DNA from: the human T2T-CHM13v2.0 reference genome, Homo sapiens
Assembly (NCBI RefSeq): GCF_009914755.1
Contig: NC_060929.1
Direction: 5' to 3' (one strand)
DNA length: 64,000 bases
Each line of letters begins with the position of its first letter. Positions within the stretch are counted from its first letter, which is position 1. The position numbers were made by a program, and so were the translations under genes. Positions 40,215-55,327 of the stretch are shown here, in pieces. Below the pieces are notes generated by a model, which worked only from the letters and a program-made list of their open reading frames with translations, had not been told where the DNA came from and searched no databases.

Positions 40215-41880
40215 AGTTCGTAGAGACCCTTGGTTCACATGATAAATCACCTCTGAAATGGCTTTGGGAATGAAACTCATGAAGCCTGTCTACTACTTTG
40301 CAGGGAAAAACTCAGGGTCACTTTTTGAGCAAACTCTTTCACTGGGCATACTCAACCAGGAGAAACATTACCCCAGAGAGACAAATAATCATCCCATTCT
40401 TGAGGAAGTCTGGACTGTTTTTCTAGCACACATGGACAACTCATAATTATTCTTAAGTAACCCTGAGAATTTTAACATGAATTGAGTTGTGTGTTTCTTG
40501 TTAAATGGATCATAAGGTGTAAACTCTCCATCCTCATGAGGGGGAATCAAGCAGGGCTGAAGGATTATCAATTATTAGTCAAGTATGTGGCAGAACTTAT
40601 CCCTACCATGAATGGGTGGTTGGGATAAATGAACCTAAAGTGCTATTTTGTTTCTAGGATCATAGACATTAGGATTTTACAGGTTTCCTTTTCAATTTCT
40701 GCCCAGTTTGCTTTCTCAGGGATGTTCCTTCCCACCATCCAGGAAGGAATGGAGACAAGCTCCCAGAACTCATGCTGGTCCAGCTTGACTCTATCCTTAG
40801 CCACAGATGACTATACCAGAAGAGGTTACAGATCTACAGTGAGTCAATCAACCTCCCTTCCTTGGGAATTTGGAATCGCGACGAAGAAAAGCAAATCTGG
40901 GCTGACCTTTGAAACAGAAAATTTAAACAAGAGAATACTGTGTTCCCCATGTAGAACTGGGTTAAGAAGCTAGTGCATGAAGTGAGAGAAGCAAAGATGA
41001 AGAGTGGTGAGAAAACACTGCCTGTGTACTGATGACCTCTGATTTCCAGTTCTCATTCTTTCTGTGGACTTTGGGTTCTATGACACACTCCTGTATCTTT
41101 GCAATGAATACCCCTAACTAATGGGTGTGTGTTACCTGTAACCAACAAGAAGAGGCTCAGCTAAGAAAGAGATGAATAGGGATCGGCCTTTTTTTTTTTT
41201 TTTTCAATATTGGTGGAACAAGAAGCATTTCCTGACTTGCAAGGCCACAGCGGAGCTTCAACTCGCAGGCTGGAGTGGGTCCAACCCCACTTCTCCATGT
41301 ATTTCATCTTTGCTGCTTGTGAGTCCGTGAACGCTCAGGGGATTCCATTTCTGTGTTAGAGAAGTGGTATGAGTGCAAGGGAGATTTACGGGGTTTCATC
41401 TGATTTAGCTGTAGCTTAGAGGGTTTAGTAAAAAAGAAGGGTACAAGTGAAGGAAAGGCTAGCCAAGAAAGTAAGCTCAGAAAACTATGATTTAGATGAA
41501 ATCCAACCATTACATCTCAGAATTCAGCCCAAGTCTCACTCTCTTTAGGTGTGTGAGACGTTATGTTGTCATTTCCATAGAAGTTCATAGAGACCCTTGG
41601 TTCACATGATAAATCACCTCTGAAAATGGCTTTGGGAGTGAAACTCATGAAGCCTGTCTACTACTTCGCAGGGAAAAACTTGGGGTTACTTTTTGAGCAA
41701 ACTCTTTCACTGGGCATACTTAACCAGGAGAAACATTACCCCAGAGAGACAAATAATCTTCCCATTCTTGAGGAAGTCTGGACTGTTTTTCTAGCACACA
41801 TGGACAACTCATAATTATTCTTAAGTAACCCTGAGAATTTTAACATGAATTGAGTTATGTGTTTCTTGTTAAATGGATCA
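40215..41880 (+). repeat. Dispersed direct repeat of ~298 bp (copies 40215-40512 and 41582-41880)
   Basis: Manual alignment gives 9 substitutions and 1 indel; also visible as near-identical ORF-track peptides at 40258 and 41626. Confidence 0.96.
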
Positions 41881-43641
41881 AATTTCAACAAAGCCCGGGA
41901 AACATCTTGAAAATCACATGAATGCAATTTCCAAAGAAAACAATCCAAGAATTACTGCCAAAAAGTTTTATTTCCACTAGGAAGGAAAAGAAGAGTTTCA
42001 TTTTGCCCCCCACACAGACTGTATGTTCAATCTGTGGTCTGCAGTGGAAAATTCTCCTGATTTTGCTCAATTCAGGGGAGGAGAGAAATGAAGGAGGCTA
42101 TTGTTATTTGAGTGAGTGATAAAACTGTCTTTCTTTCTCTAGTATTAATATGTTATTAGCATTTTCAATTTGATTCTACAAATATTGAGTTTTACTGGTG
42201 TGTGTGGTACAATGGGAAGCAGGACAAAAAGCTTAACACGCGATGACTGTCTCATGGGCTTTACAAATTAGACCTACAAGTAGGGCACTGCCAGCCCACA
42301 CGGAGTCCTTGTGTAAATTAGAAAAAGATGACCCTTCCAGGCAGATGCAGCCTTGTGGGTAACCAGTGAGCAACCAAGGGACATTTGTGCAAAGTAGAAA
42401 AAGCACCTTCTTCCTCTGGTGGGCACAATCTTGCACCAGAGTGAACATCTTGATTTTATCCTCCCTCCCTGTTGACAAGGTGCTTTTATGCAGGATACAA
42501 CTTGCCCATGTGACTGCAACAGGACATATAAAGGGATCATCTGAGAATTACTTATGGTCAAAATGGAAACAATGCAACCACCATTCTCAAACTTCAGTGA
42601 GTAGAAGAATCATGGCAGCTTGCTAAAATGCCCGAGTCTCATCTCAGATATTCTGATTCAGGATGACTGAGGTAAGGTCCAGAGATATGCATTTGTAATG
42701 TGTTCACCTAGGTGTTTTTGATGCAGGTAATCCAAAAACAACACTTTGAGAAGTCAAGGTATGAGAAGCAAAGGCTGTGAGTCATTTGGAAAATGACATC
42801 AAGGCTGGCTGAACTTATTGGAGGAGGCCTACAGAAGATGGGGAATTTTAGTTAAATAATAAATGAATAGTAATTTCTACAACTTTTGCCTTAGTCAAAA
42901 AATGTTTTTGTTCTCCAAAATGGATGAGAAAAGCTCAGATAGGCTTATTTGCAATTGTCTAGAAAAAAAAAAATGACAACTGAAAGAAAATTTTTCTAAG
43001 ATGAATCCCTAAAATGAGTGTTGTGTGGAGGACTGAAGCCTTTATAGAATTACTGCTAACTTCTGCTTTTGGATAAAAAAAAAAAAAAATAAAGAATCCC
43101 TACGTTAGCTGGGACAATGCAAACACTGGCAATGGCACCAAGACACCCCAGAGATATACCTCTGTAACTATCTTCCTGTCTGCTTCCCAGAATGTTCTTT
43201 CAGCAGCACCCCTGACTCTCCAAGGTGCCTCTGATAATCCCAGTGCATGCTTAATAGCAGAAAACAACCCTGGCTTCTGGCATGACAAGGTTTTTTTCTG
43301 GAAACGGGACTGTGGTACACATGGAATGGGGGTTTCCATTACAAATGTTCATAGTGTGTTTGAGGCCTTCAGCCTAGAGCTTTCTACTTTTCTAAAAAAA
43401 AATAATATTCCACAATAATAAGTAAACTATAATCCAAAGCCGTCTCTGGCACTGAAAACTTTGTTTCATTCTTCCCATAGAAATAGCTACCTTTTGGTTG
43501 CTTATATGATTTGGGAAGTGGAGTCTTCTCAAATGCAAAGATAAAATGTTAATCCAGTAGTGCCTCTCCATTACTATTGCATCTCATCTTTGCATTTTGT
43601 CTGTAGAGGCAATAGTTTTATCTATAAAAACCACAATTTGA

Positions 43642-44026
<385 letters not shown>

Positions 44027-44864
44027 CTAGCCATCCTGAGGCCGGGGAATAACCGCTGAAAAGCATTGCATCTGTTCATCAGTCATTGTAAGCAAGTGAG
44101 GTCCTTCACCTGTGTAAAGCCTTGAGCCGCAGAACATTTTTTGTTGGTTTGAGTCACCCTAGCACAAAAGGTAACACAAAAGTAGTAAGTTACCCCATTT
44201 GAAGTGATGGTGGACTTTTCTACTCTCTTTTTCATAAATCAAGGATATCATCCTATTAACAATCGTTCTGTTTTTCTTTCTTTTGGTCAACTTCATTGAT
44301 TTGTCAATGCTTCCTATTGGAGACCAAAACTGAGCAGATAGTTTGTATGAAAAAGGCCAATGAGACTCTTCCTTCATATTGGAAAGAACTGCTTCCCTCT
44401 TCTTGCCAATTTTCCCCAGGCCGTTTATGTGAATTCAATTAGCAAGGTATTCCCTGGTAGGCAAATGATTTATTAAGGTAAACAAATATTTTAAAATAGT
44501 AATTCTGATTCCATTTCAATTCGACATCCAGTATTGAGTCATTTTATGAACCTAGAACTGTTTAAAGGGATGGAGAAACAGTGTAGGATGTGCAGTGGTT
44601 AAGAGCACAGGGTCAGACAGGCAGATCTGGGTTTGATTTCCAGGTTGGGAAATTATTGCTTGTGTATCCTCAATAAAATTTTTTTGCCTCATTGGTTTCT
44701 GTAGAACCAAGAGAAGAAGATCTAACCCCATAGAGTTGTTTAGGACTTAAAATGTTAAGTGCAGTAGCACAATGATTAATATCTAACGAGCATCCAATAT
44801 ACAGTAAAGAATATATACAAAGATGAAAATCATATAGTTCTGCCTTCATTCACAGACTAATAGT

Positions 44865-45067
44865 AGGGATCCACAAGCTTTTTCTATGAAGAGTTAGGTA
44901 GTAAATATTTTAGTCTTTGCAGGCCATTCAGTCTCTTTCCTAACTACTCAATTCAGCTGTTGTAGGATGGAAATAGCCATAAACATATGTAAATGAATGG
45001 GCATGGTTATGTTCTAATAAAATTGTATTTACAAAGACAGGCCATAGGCCAGATTTTGTGACCCCTT
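44865..45067. mobile_element. MER58A MITE
   Basis: gtagtaaatattttagtctttgcaggccat...gttctaataaaa...gacccct. Confidence 0.75.
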
Positions 45068-45699
45068 GTCTAATAGAACAGCTCATTGCATTAAATTCAT
45101 TGAAAGTTAGAGCTGGTGCTTGTGCTGCCCTCTCTTTCCTGAAAGAAATGTTTCATAGCCCACTGTTTTCTCAACCTAATTAGAGTTCTCCCTGAATACC
45201 TCTTTTACTTTACAAAGGAAATACGTTATGTGTAATGACGCCAGCTTGGATGTTAAATTTTGCTGCTTTAGTGAATGGTGAATTTCTGTTCATATAAGAC
45301 AATAACTTCATATAAATGTGGGTGACTTGATATCAGTGTCATGTGGAATATGACTCCAGGAAGGAAGCGTAGCTCATGCCAGCAATCAATTATAGCTGCT
45401 GAGTCCCCACCTAATCATGACATTTAAGAACTTACCACTCTTTCTTATTAGACTGTTTTGAAAGCATCATCCAGCTGACCAATATATTAGATATCCAATT
45501 ATGGTTGTACAAATAGTTTTTGAAGAATTCTACTTGGACCATACATTTTTGCAAATGACTGGCATATAATCTAAGTAAACCAAGACAAGGGATCTAATCA
45601 ATCTCTCCCAGGATCCTGCATGTCCAGAGCCTCCAGCCCAGAATGTCTTTCTGACAGCCTGTGTAATCAGCTCAGTACACAGCTGACTCCACCAAAAAC

Positions 45700-46230
45700 T
45701 GGAATCTCTCTGTATCATACCTCAATTAATTTTTGATTGAAATTAGTAAAATTTTAACTCAATCTAACCTAAATGATAAGTGTACTTTATTGGTTCATGA
45801 ACATGAAAAGTCCAGAGTAAGGACTTGCTTCAGGTGAGGACTGATCCAGCAGCTCAAATCATGCCGCCAGAGTTCCTGTTTCTCTCTGTCTTTCTGGTCT
45901 ACCTTCTACTGTGACATCTTAATCCTAAAACTGGATCTTTTCATATTGAAAACATTTCTGCCAGCAGCTTCTGGTGTATCTGTTTCCTTAGTCACATGCT
46001 ACAGAAATGGGAATATATTTTTGTCCCAGTGTTCTCAGAAAAATCCAGAGAATTGTTCTTAGACCAGCTCAGGTTATTTGCTTAACCTGAACTAATCATG
46101 GTGGCCAGGCAGATGGGGTGCTCAGGTAGGCTTAGTCATAATCACATCTTCTAATGCTGGAGGTCAGAATGGAGTTGATTCTTTAGGGAAATTGAAGCTG
46201 TTGGAATGGGGAGGAGAGGAAATGTTACAT
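45700..46230 (-). mobile_element. Old MLT1-type LTR
   Basis: ttcaggtgaggactgatccagcagctcaa...ctgaactaatcatggtggccagg. Approximate boundaries. Confidence 0.55.
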
Positions 46231-46825
46231 AAGGCGACAACCAACACAGGACCAGTGAAGGTCCTCTGCATTCGCTAGTGAGCAATTTGTGCAGGTTGTA
46301 TGGCACAGCAAAATTAAGAATTCTTCCTGTACCCATACAAGTCACCTCTGTTCCCCACCTGCCACCAGAGGATGTGCTGCCTCCTTGCCTTAGAAAGCTT
46401 GCAGAGAGCTAGACCCAGCATGCCTACATCCCTTATGCTCTTGGCTACTTCCAGACATGTTAGCTCTTCTGTCATTTGTCCTTTCATGTGCTCTCGTTCC
46501 ATGCTTTACACCTGGCCAAACACCTTTCTTTTCTAATCCTTCCCACTATGCCCTCCAAAACTTCCACTGGATGAGTAACATACTGCCCTCCCTCCTCAAC
46601 CTCTTCACATACTCAACCCCAGCCTCCTCATGAGTCCTTCTCACACCTTTGAGCTGAAACTGGCATCTCTGAAATTCTAGATGTGTATGTCTATATCCAA
46701 ATATTTGTTCAAACTTTCCACTTGATGGTCCTAGAGACACCTACCACCCACCATCTTACAGATGAAATATTTACCTTCCTCAGACTCACTCCACTGCTGT
46801 GCTGACTTCAGTCAAAGTTCTCCAT

Positions 46826-46885
46826 ATATACACATATATATATATACACATATACATGAGTGTGTGTGTGTGTGTGTGTGTGTGT
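46826..46885. repeat. (TA/CA)n-(TG)n microsatellite
   Basis: Read directly. Confidence 0.9.
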
Positions 46886-47036
46886 TTATGCACATCACAT
46901 TTATATTCTGGACATAGATTATTTAATTGAACTCCAAGAAAAACACTAATTGGTAAGATTTTAAAACTATAATACTCTTGATATGCTTAAATTAATACTC
47001 ATATTAATTACAAGAGCATTAACTTAAGAACATTAA

Positions 47037-47343
<307 letters not shown>

Positions 47344-47909
47344 TTATGTCATAAGTCAAGAGAGGATATTATCAGTATGTCTCAAGAAGTGATAGCATAC
47401 ATGCTCTGCAGGGTTTTAATAGATATGCTCAGAAGTGCTCCAAGCTAAAAGAGGCTGGGGACACTGGCTTAAACAACAGATTGCTTTGCTGCAGGACTTC
47501 TCCAGGCTTTAAATATGCTCATTCACACTGTGACTCTAGAATACAGGAAAAAGTATGCAGCATTTTTAGACTTTTTTTTTAAACAATGGAACCTTCTCTC
47601 CCACTTCATCTACCTCCTCCCCTACACACACACACATACACCCACACACACGCACACACAATTAATTGTCTACAGAATAAACTTTGAGAAATACTTGCAC
47701 TGGCTTGTCTGGTTCTCTTAAACAAATAGTATTCACCTTCTCCAAAACATTTCATCCCAGTGATTAATAGTTTACTTCATGTCTGAGATGAGTTTTACCG
47801 TCTTAGAAAGCCACATTCCTCAGATCTTAGAGGGAAATAAAATAAGGAAATTACCATCACATGAAGCAAACAGAAAACAGTTGGAATCATTTCAGCAGAC
47901 CAGAGAAGA

Positions 47910-48506
47910 GGGTAGCAGACACTGTTGATACTACCCACCATCCATTCCTCCTTCCTTTTTCTTAGAGGAACCCTGACTTTGTTCAGGTATCAAACCTCTC
48001 CCCCATGAAGACTTGTGCCTTGAAAAACTTGACCCCATCTCCAGCCCCAGAAGTGGGCCTGATTGGGTTACTAATAATCTCATTCCCCTTGTCTGTGATT
48101 AGTTCAGCAAGGGCACATGACCCAGTCCTGGTCAACATGTAAGAAGTCTGATTACCTTGAAGCCACCATGCTGTGAGGAAGCCCAAGATACACAGAGAGG
48201 TCATGTGTAGGGTCTCTGGGCATCAGTCCTAGCTGAAGGTCAGCCTTCACGTCATGCCAGCCTAGGCCTTGACATGTGAATGAGGAAGCTTCCAGATGAT
48301 TTCAGCCCTAAGTTATTTTAGTGACCCTCAGCTGAATTATCCCAGCCTGCTGAGGTCCTGGACATTACAAAACAGAGATAAATCATCTCCACCATGTCTT
48401 GCCTGAATTCCTGACCCACGATATTTGCAAGCACAGTAAAATAGTGGTTGCTTTATGCCAGTCAGTTTTGGGGTAGTTTGTTATACAGCTATAAATAACT
48501 AGGACA
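47910..48506 (+). mobile_element. Old MLT1-type LTR(s)
   Basis: gccaccatgctgtgaggaagcccaag...gaattcctgaccca...gttttggggtagtttgttatacagc. Confidence 0.7.
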
Positions 48507-49584
48507 CCTGTCATTCTTAGTTTGGTTTCATAACTTAGTGGCTCATGGCCTAGGCCTCCTTTTTAAAACAAAAACAAAATTAAATAATTTTGAGAAGAGT
48601 TTAGATATTTTGTGATTCACCCTTTCCAACTCTGATGCAATTGGATACTCCCTGGTTGGAGATGGTGTTTGATATTTTTTCAGTTCAGTTTCCTCCATCT
48701 AGAATTCTGATATAGACATATAGATGCAGCTGTTGATACTCTGTATCTGAAAACTGATAGAATGTTCTGAAATTTAATTCCATTCTATTTTCTGTATATC
48801 TTTCTTGAGAGGTTTTAATTGTTAGGCAAATTTTAAACCAATTCTGTATAGAATGTATAACTAATTAAAGTCAAAGTAACTCTCGCACTTGAGTTTTGTA
48901 TTTCATTGCCTTTGCCCTCCTACACTGTAGGAAACATTGAATAGCGCCAGGCTTTTGAGCATCTGGAAATCCTATACAATTCAGTCTGTGAATAAAAATA
49001 TTCTACCATTTCCTGGCCATTTTGTTCTGTTAAATACCAAAATTGGGTTTATTCCTTTGTAAATGATGAAGAGGGGGCAGAAATGAATGTATATTTCTAA
49101 AAACATTTTTATGTTTTAGAAATGACCATACTGTTTCATAAAATAGCTCCACAAATTAAGTAATTTTGAAAATCTGTTTCTGACTAAAACCCAGTTCTAA
49201 AAATGAAAGCATTCATTGATTAATTCATGCATTCATTCAATAACTATTTATTGAGTATCCATTATGTGCTAACCATTATGTTGGGTAATGGGAATTCAGA
49301 GGTGAACAAACCCAAAGATTTCTCTTGGAGGAATTCTAAAGAGACATAGAAAATGTTTTCCTGGTGATTACCCTCCCTGAGCTTGGTTTCAGTCCCACTT
49401 CTGCAACAGCTGCAGAAGGTCTCAGAAGCACATTTGCAATATCTCCAGCTACTTTGTCACTGTTGGCAATAGGCAGGAAGAATCTTAGGTGGAGCTGTTC
49501 TTTTGCTAAATTAAACAATGATCAAAACTCTGCTCATTTTTTCCATCACTAAATGTCATCTAATTTCCCCTGGCTGTTAAGACA

Positions 49585-49587
<3 letters not shown>

Positions 49588-49616
<29 letters not shown>

Positions 49617-49623
49617 CTGTGTG
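49588..49623. repeat. (TG)n microsatellite
   Basis: Read directly. Confidence 0.92.
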
Positions 49624-50674
49624 ACAAATGCATAAAGGATCATACACACAGAAAAAAAAGCAAGTAAGAAAATATACTGGGTGAGGCATAATTTACCACA
49701 CAGTTAAAAAACAATGTGTACTCAGCCCATAAAAGATATTTGCTACTTTAAGATGTTGCAATGGACATCTGTTGATTTGCCTGACCACCATATGTTACTT
49801 TTCCTAGTAACATCACCCTGTTTTTGTGTACAGAAACCAATTCTCACTCTGTGTTTTGAGTGTGGTGAACCCTACACCCCAGTTCTAGGAGTAGCCATGT
49901 GACATAAGCTGCCAATCACCATAGGACAATCCTCAGGCCACTATGATTGGCTTAGTGGCAACGACATGACTCAAGCTAGTCCAATGAGAGCTTACTCCAA
50001 GATCCTAAAACAGCCTGAATAGAGACACCTGGTCTTCCCAAGTTGCTCTGGGATTGTGACAGGATATGATGTATCCTTGGGGTTCCTGGCTGCCATCTTG
50101 CTATTACATGGGAAGATTTATCCAGAAAATGGAGCCAACTCAGGAGAAGGTAGATCTGAGATAAAGAGAGAAAATCACATCCCACAATATTTAAGCCATT
50201 TTGCCCAGACTGAAAATTTCTTAACATTTCTTTTTTTGCTGTTTTTTTTTATTAGCAAACCTGCCAGTTTTAGTAACTTCTGTTTCTCTAGATGTTTGCA
50301 AACTAACCAGTGTATATCTAGTACTTAAACATGCACTTTGCTTTAATAAGCTGCCTTTCAAGTCATTAGAGAAAGATTTAGAGGTTAAAGAATGATGTGG
50401 TAGGTAATTTATGTTTGAATCAACCTCCTCTTTTATAGACTATGTTAAAAAGTGCCTATAAATATTTCTTCTTGGCATCTTCAGCAATCTTAATGGGTTA
50501 AGTGCCCAGCATGTTCTACATGAGGTTCAATTCACAGTGATGTACCTGAGCAGGAATGGACTTCCCTCTTACTTACCATTTCCGTTCTCTTGTTTCCATC
50601 ACCACCTCAAAGTCTGTCTCCTCTGCAGTTCAGGCAGTGTATCTCTGAGAAGGTCACTAAAATATATGTTCCTG

Positions 50675-51023
<349 letters not shown>

Positions 51024-52029
51024 TTAAGCCCTTGCTCCCACTAGGGGCTTAAAGATTCTGATTCCTGTAAACCTAGGTGGGAATCCAGGAATACCCATTT
51101 TTTCACAAGCGACCCAATAATCTCACATGAGGTACTCCTTGTTAAGTACTGGTTTAAGGAATTAGAATCCTAAGGGAGAATGGCTGGAGGGATCTTTACG
51201 TATAATCTAGTATAGTCTTAACCTCCAATATTAATTTCAGAGGTTGAGACCCAGAAGTGAAAGTAAATGGTGTCAGCACTGGAATGCAAGTCTGTTAAAT
51301 TTCTCCAAAACCCTTTCTACTGCACTTGTATGGTCTTCACATTCAAACCTGAAACAGAATGCAGTTGTGCTCTCCCCAATAGTCTGAACTCAATATTAAA
51401 TTTTTAGAAAAAGAAAGAGGATGCAAGAATAATGTGAGACCTCTTAGCTGGTGGATAATGCTATCCTGATGTGGTCTCTGATCAGTTATTTTGCTTATAG
51501 GACAGAGAACATCTGTAATGATAACCTGGCTGCAATTTACTGAGAATATAATATGTGCTACGCACTGTACTCATAGATGTATTCTTTCTTTTAAAGTTCA
51601 ATCGTGCCTAGAAAGGAGGCACTAGCACTGCCTCTGAATGTGAAAAGTGAAGTGAAGTAATTTGCCCCAAATCACTCAGCCAGGATGCAACTGTGATTTC
51701 AATCCCAATAGGCACTGGTAGCATGCCTTTCTCCCTCTCCTTTCTCTTTCTTCTCCTTTCTCTCCATCTCCTCCTCCTTCTCACCAAGAACTAGATCCAT
51801 GACCTCAGCTGGCAAACCTACAAATATGGACGATTTGTCATAAGACAAGAGTGGCTGGCAGTGTACACCATCCCCATCTAGTACTTTAGAATGGAGTGAA
51901 AAGCTTTGTCTTTTCCAACAGAGCACATGTTCTAAAATAAAGCCTTGGAAAGTTCAGCTGCCTGGGGCATGTCAGAGATCATTGAGCTTGAATCTCTGGA
52001 AGTAAAAGGCAAAGTCTAGGATATACTTA

Positions 52030-52045
52030 ATGATGAGGATGGTAG

Positions 52046-52085
<40 letters not shown>

Positions 52086-52086
52086 A
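52030..52086. repeat. (GAT)n trinucleotide repeat
   Basis: About 13 perfect units at 52046-52085. Confidence 0.93.
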
Positions 52087-53844
52087 AAAAATAACACCCA
52101 TTGAGAGCCAGTGATGTACTGGATATTTCTCAGGGTTCTGTATCCATGATCTCTTTTACTCTTCACAACAGTCCTAAGATGTAGGGACCATAATTAATCC
52201 CACTGCTTTTATAAATAAACTGAGTCAGCGATAGGTTAAGGAAATGGCCACAGTTCCGAGTAAGTAGTGGAGGTGGGAATCAAATTTAGGGAACTGAGTC
52301 TCCTAAACCTGGGTACAATAGGATGACAGCTACATAACAGAACTGAATTACTTGCCTAATCAGGATGAGTAAATCCCTAATTTAGAGTCTTTGGAAGTAT
52401 CCAGAAGGAACACGTCTCGTGCTTCTTTTGCATTTCTCCTAGTCCTTAAGAACAATATGGATATGGAGAATAATAACAATAATATTGATTACTAACATGT
52501 TCTGAGAATGTACTCTCTGTGTTGGATACCTTTAGCCCTTTGAAAGCGTTATGCCATTTAACCCTACAATCATCCCATGAGTTGGTTATTGTTATTAACT
52601 CCACTTGCAGATAAAGAGGTTACATAACTTGCCTAATGTTATTGCCCAAGTTGATATCAAAGCCCTTGCTCAGACACACTTACTAAATCATTCAAGAGTG
52701 GTACTTTATCTCTTCCAGTCCAAAAGTGCTGGAAGACTCCATGAATCTTTGTAAGACACTGTAAGAGCTTGGTTATCTCCTTACAGAAATAAGCTATCTT
52801 AATATGGCCCTCAATGGCTGAGACTCTTTCTGTGATATTGTGTCTGGAGTTGTCATGAACGTTTTTCTGACACCAGAATGCAATGACATGAACCTGAAAG
52901 TGATCCATAGATGAGAGGCTAGATAGGGTCCGGCTAGGGCTCAGCTTTGCCCGAAGAGAAGGGAACTTTGTACTGTTTGTATGTTCCCAGAGAGTTCCTG
53001 ATATTGAGTCCCTTGGACATAACCACATGACTCCCTTTCAGAGACTGGGTTATAATTCCTCAACAAAAAAATTACCAAAAAGTAAAATTTAAAAGCCATC
53101 TAGCCACATATCCTGCAAATATAATTTTAATAGATTTCTTTCCATTAAGGTTTTATTCTTTTTCTTTCTGTCTGTTCCTGACAATGCAGCTCTCTTCTCT
53201 GATTTCCTGTCTGTGGTTTTGAGTTGGGTTAGAGTGTGTGGGCTGAGCACGTAGCCCACAGCGAGCTCCCTCCCAGTGCCATCTGCACACCTTATTTGAC
53301 ACTGAATCATGCATTCTTCTGCCTTAATGTGTCTCTTATATTGCAGCTTGTAGTGTTATTGAAACTTTTGTGCATTTAAGTCTTGTCTCCTCAATTAGCT
53401 CAAAAGTTCCTTGAGGTCAGGGACTATGATGTATACTTCTTTGCAGCCTCCATAATGGTGTTAAGGAAATAGCCGTTGATACATGTTGAAGGAAGTCTCT
53501 GGTATGCTGGCTGAGTTCTGCCCCATGACTTTCACATTGTGGTGGCTTCAGATCTTTATAAACTTGAAGTGATCTCTTTGTTCAAAGCAAGGTGATAGGA
53601 CCAAGGAAGGCACAGTAAGGAGTGATGGGTAAGGATCCAAATGCTTTGGTTTGTAGCCCAGCTTCATCACTCATTAACTGTCTAACTTCAGCAAAGTTTT
53701 AAACCTCTTCCTAGCTTAGTTTTTCTTACCTACATTCTAAAGTTGACTGAAGAATTGAGTAAATTAACACATGTAAATTGCTTAGAAGAGGCCCTGGTAA
53801 ATGCTCAATAAATGATAGATATTGTTACTCTCATGACTATGATC

Positions 53845-54430
53845 AATGCCCTTCAGCCAAAGACCACCAGGAAAATACTGTTGTTGAACAAGTTGGGTTT
53901 ATTACTAATTTCAGTGAGAGAGAATGCACACCATGAGGAACTATAAGTCATCTCAGTAAGAGAGTGTTAGAAAGGACTTGTGGGACACAAGCTTGTATTA
54001 GGTGATTTGGGAGAGAGTTTAAGGAAGCAGTTTTCTTCTGAATTGGTGCTGTCAGGAAGTAGGAATAATCCTATGATTCAGTATCTAAAGAAATCTTATT
54101 TAGAGGGAGAGACTAGATGAAGGTTGAGTATCTAAATCAGTCTTATATAGAAGAAGGGAATGCCAGAACAGTTCTAAGGCTGTAATTGATTAAGAAGTAG
54201 CAATCATTCACATTAGCCAGGAAGGAGGGGAGATTGAGCATTTTTGCAGTTTGAACAATGCTGAAGTTTCTCTGTGTTCAGACAATATTATAGAATGGTC
54301 TTGTCTTTGTCTCGCTCCATCATGGTCACAGAGTGACCATGTCTGAGGTTGATGCTCTTTGAAATTGCTTACATTCCAAAAGGGAACATCAAAGCCTAGC
54401 CAACAGTACTAGATCAGCTCCTGGATGTCT
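53845..54430 (-). mobile_element. Old ERV LTR (ERVL class; family uncertain)
   Basis: ccaaagaccaccagga...gttgaacaagttgggtttatt (AATAAA on the - strand) and internal repeats typical of such LTRs. Confidence 0.5.
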
Positions 54431-54607
54431 TGCACAGCTTTTCTGTTTCTTGGTATGACTAATGTAATAGTAATAGCCACCATATTGAACACTTTTTACT
54501 TTCCAGACATTGTGCTGAGCAGTTGACCTGCATTAGCTAATACCATTCTCACAACCACCCAGTAACGTGAGTACCATCATTAACAATCTACAAATGAGGA
54601 GACAGGC

Positions 54608-55024
54608 TGATATGGTTTGGATCTGTGTCCACACTTAAATTTCATGTTGAATTGTAATCCCAGTGTTGGAGGGGGTCTGGTGGGAGGTGACTGGATCATG
54701 GGGGTGAATCTTTCATGAATGGTTTAGAACTATCCCTTTGGTGCTGTTCTCATAATAGAGTTCTCATAAGATCTGGTTGTTTAAACATGTCTAGCACCTT
54801 CCCCTTCTCTTTGTCCCCCCTGCTCTTGCCATATAAGAGGGCCTACTTCCCCTTTGCCTTCTGCCATGGTAGTAAGTCCCCTGAGACATCCTCAGAGGCT
54901 GAGGAGATGTCAGCATTATGCTTTCTGCACAGCTTGCAGAACCCATGAGAATTATACCTCTTTTCTTTATAAATTATCCAGCCTCAGGTATTTCTTTATA
55001 GCAATGTGAGAATGGACCAATACA
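54608..55024 (+). mobile_element. MST (MSTA/B-like) solo LTR inserted in a MIR
   Basis: tgatatggtttggatctgtgtcc...ccaataca; near-TSD caggc/taggc. Confidence 0.85.
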
Positions 55025-55327
55025 TAGGCCCAGAGAAACTGAACAAATTTGGCCAAAATTATGGAGCTGGGAATAGGTGAAGTTTTATGAAAACCCAAGA
55101 CTCTCCACCTCCACATAGTCTCTGATGTTCAACCTTATGAGAGCAAAAGCTGATTGAGGACCTAATTTGGGCCTGGTGCTTTGCAAGCATTATCTCATTT
55201 ATTCATGATCCTTTGCTATAAAGAAACTTGTAATCCAGCGTGAGATAAAAAACTAATGTCAACATCTGCAATATATGGCAGCTTATCATCCAACTATGTT
55301 ATAAATGTGTAGAGGAAGAAGTGGTAT

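Noticed and set aside
40258-41814. Two near-identical 62-aa ORFs (MALGMKL/MALGVKL)
   Set aside because: By-product of the 300-bp duplication; several differences change amino acids, with no sign of coding constraint.
40215-41880. The direct repeats as LTRs of an unknown 1.7-kb retroelement
   Set aside because: No TG start, PBS, polypurine tract or outer TSD; the interior looks like ordinary old genomic/LTR-derived DNA.
49093-49123. Imperfect AT-rich inverted repeat atttctaaaaacat...atgttttagaaat
   Set aside because: Short and low-complexity; expected by chance.
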